In this document: positions 30,689-32,000 of the stretch, one piece after another | Layout of the letters: every line of letters begins with the position of its first letter | How positions within the stretch are numbered: the stretch's first letter is position 1 | DNA from: an uncultured Candidatus Cenarchaeum sp. | GTDB lineage: Archaea > Thermoproteota > Nitrososphaeria > Nitrososphaerales > Nitrosopumilaceae | NCBI GenBank assembly: GCA_958295735.1 | Contig: OY282369.1 | Location: 2,084,983 to 2,116,982 of the forward strand | DNA length: 32,000 nt | Direction of reading: 5' to 3' | The notes under the pieces: model-generated | Told to the model about the DNA's origin: nothing | The model's input: only the letters and a program-made list of their open reading frames with translations | The model's database searches: none | Translations under genes and position numbers: made by a program

Positions 30689-32000
30689 GTGGCCGGGAGC
30701 GGCGGGAGCGGGGCCCCCGGGCTGGAGGCCCTGCGCGCCCGCATGGACGAGGTCACGATGCGGATGGTCGGGCTGCTCAAGGAGCGCACGGAGATAGCGG
30801 TGGGGATAGGCCGCGCCAAGCGGAGCGCCGGGCTGGTGGTGGCCGATGCCGGGAGGGAGGAGAGCCTGCGCCGCAGGGTGGCCGCCGAGTGCGGCGCGCT
30901 GGGCCTGGACGCCGCCATGGGCTCGCGGCTCCTCGACCTCCTGCTGGACGAGTCGGTGCGCGTGCAGTCGGGGGGCGCCGGCGCGCCCCCCGCGGCGCCG
31001 CGCCGGGAGCCGCGCCCGAGCATGTTCCAGCGGGCCAAGGCGCTCGAGGCGGGGGGCCGCCGCATCATACACATGGAGGTGGGCGAGCCGGACTTTGCGC
31101 CGCCGCCCGAGGCGGAGCGGGCGCTGGCCGGGGCCTGCGCGGCGGGCCGCACGCGGTACGGCCCCCCGAAGGGGACGCCGGAGCTGCGCGCCGCGTTCGC
31201 GGAATACGCCAGGCGGTACGGGGCGTCCCCGGGGGCCGAGGACGTCATGGTCACGCCGGGCGGGCGCTTTTCGGTCTTCCTCGCAATGTCCGCGCTGCTC
31301 TCGCCCGGCGACGAGGTGGTGCTGGTGGAGCCGGCCTGGCCCGCGTACCGCGACTGCGCGGAGCTCGCCGGCGCCGCGGTGCGCGCGGTCGGGACCTCGC
31401 TGGAGGGCGGCTGGGTCCCGCGGCTGGAGGACGTGGAGAGGGCGGCCTCGGGGCCCGCGGCGCGCATGCTGGTCCTCAACTACCCCAACAACCCGACGGG
31501 GCGGGTGCTCCCGCCCGGGACGATGGACGGGCTGATGTCGCTGGCCGCGGAAAGGGGCCTCTACGTGCTCAGCGACGAGATATACTCGGAGCACGCCGGG
31601 CCCTCCTCCGGGTGGAAGAGCGCCCTCTCGTACGGATACGGCCGCGCCGTGACGGTGCAGTCCCTCTCGAAGTCCCACGCGATGACCGGGTTCAGGGCGG
31701 GCTTCGCCGTGGCGGCCCCCCCCATAACGGACAGGATGGCCCGCCTGCAGGCCGTCTGCCTGACCAGCGTGCCCGACCCCGTCCAGCACGCGGCCCTGGC
31801 GGCCCTCGGCGCCGACGTCTCCGGCCGGACGGCGGAGATCCGCTCCCGCCTGCGGGCGCTCCAGTCGAGGGCCTCGGCCATGGGCCTGCGGTTCCTCGCC
31901 CCCGACGGGGCCATGTACCTGTTCGCGACGCCCGGAAACGGCGCCGGATTCGACGGAACGGCGCTGGCCAACAGACTTTTAGGCTACGGCGTGGCGGTAG
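30689..32000 (+). CDS. Chorismate mutase (AroQ) fused to class I aminotransferase; 3' end beyond window
   Basis: This gene is absent from the ORF track because no stop is reached. Frame 2 from GTG 30689 reads ...LEALRARMDEVTMRMVGLLKERTEIAVGIGRAKR...DAGREESL...LLDESVRVQ, then IIHMEVGEPDF, LNYPNNPTG and SLSKSHAMTGFRAGF (the PLP-Lys motif). The start may instead be ATG 30743. Confidence 0.8.
   Translation, partial: MAGSGGSGAPGLEALRARMDEVTMRMVGLLKERTEIAVGIGRAKRSAGLVVADAGREESLRRRVAAECGALGLDAAMGSRLLDLLLDESVRVQSGGAGAPPAAPRREPRPSMFQRAKALEAGGRRIIHMEVGEPDFAPPPEAERALAGACAAGRTRYGPPKGTPELRAAFAEYARRYGASPGAEDVMVTPGGRFSVFLAMSALLSPGDEVVLVEPAWPAYRDCAELAGAAVRAVGTSLEGGWVPRLEDVERAASGPAARMLVLNYPNNPTGRVLPPGTMDGLMSLAAERGLYVLSDEIYSEHAGPSSGWKSALSYGYGRAVTVQSLSKSHAMTGFRAGFAVAAPPITDRMARLQAVCLTSVPDPVQHAALAALGADVSGRTAEIRSRLRALQSRASAMGLRFLAPDGAMYLFATPGNGAGFDGTALANRLLGYGVAV

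Noticed and set aside
22191-31789. Antisense or out-of-frame ORFs over the shikimate cluster (22191-23222-, 22598-25114-, 24327-25337-, 25426-27528-, 26235-27653+, 29146-31479-, 29628-30797+, 30668-31789-, 30846-31535+)
   Set aside because: Each overlaps a gene with clear enzyme-family motifs. Their own translations are low-complexity.

Overview
High-GC archaeal chromosome segment. It fits best with an ammonia-oxidising thaumarchaeon of the Cenarchaeum type (inference). Support: archaeal aEF-2, PurP, the ADH-synthase/DHQ-synthase-II shikimate route, a GHMP-type shikimate kinase, futalosine-pathway genes, an ATA/AGG/AAG codon habit, and TATA boxes 22-32 nt upstream of start codons, which implies mostly leaderless mRNAs. 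I support about 27 CDS and one tRNA-Arg(GCG). I recognise no rRNA, CRISPR array, transposase or integrase. GC richness leaves all six frames open, so most long ORFs in the track are artefacts; real genes were picked by protein-like translation, family motifs and TATA spacing. Housekeeping content: EF-2, purP, a BFN-domain protein, a CBS-TrkH K+ transporter, aquaporin, Bcp peroxiredoxin, a UbiD-family decarboxylase with an MqnC/E radical-SAM enzyme, and a shikimate operon (aroA', aroB', aroD, aroE, archaeal aroK, aroC, then a chorismate mutase-aminotransferase fusion). Items worth a second look: (1) a lone GHKL ATPase with a PD-(D/E)xK/DUF4263-like C-terminus in an AT-shifted island, a candidate single-gene defence module; (2) an AT-shifted 1-kb cassette with a 17-bp iteron-like array between aroK and aroC; (3) an 88-nt element in two diverged copies, each abutting a TATA box at a mirror-symmetric distance, which could be a divergent small RNA or a MITE; (4) a convergent pair of small Cys-rich genes bracketed by promoter-bearing inverted repeats that belong to a wider GC-rich upstream repeat family; (5) ORF-less spacers of 83-90% GC, far above the ~62% of coding DNA; (6) a protein with 5.5 nucleotide-perfect 87-bp repeats encoding polyproline; (7) a duplicated tRNA 3' end; (8) two frameshifts at G/C runs and a G18 tract. 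All GC values are hand counts of 60-nt samples. No database search or folding was run.
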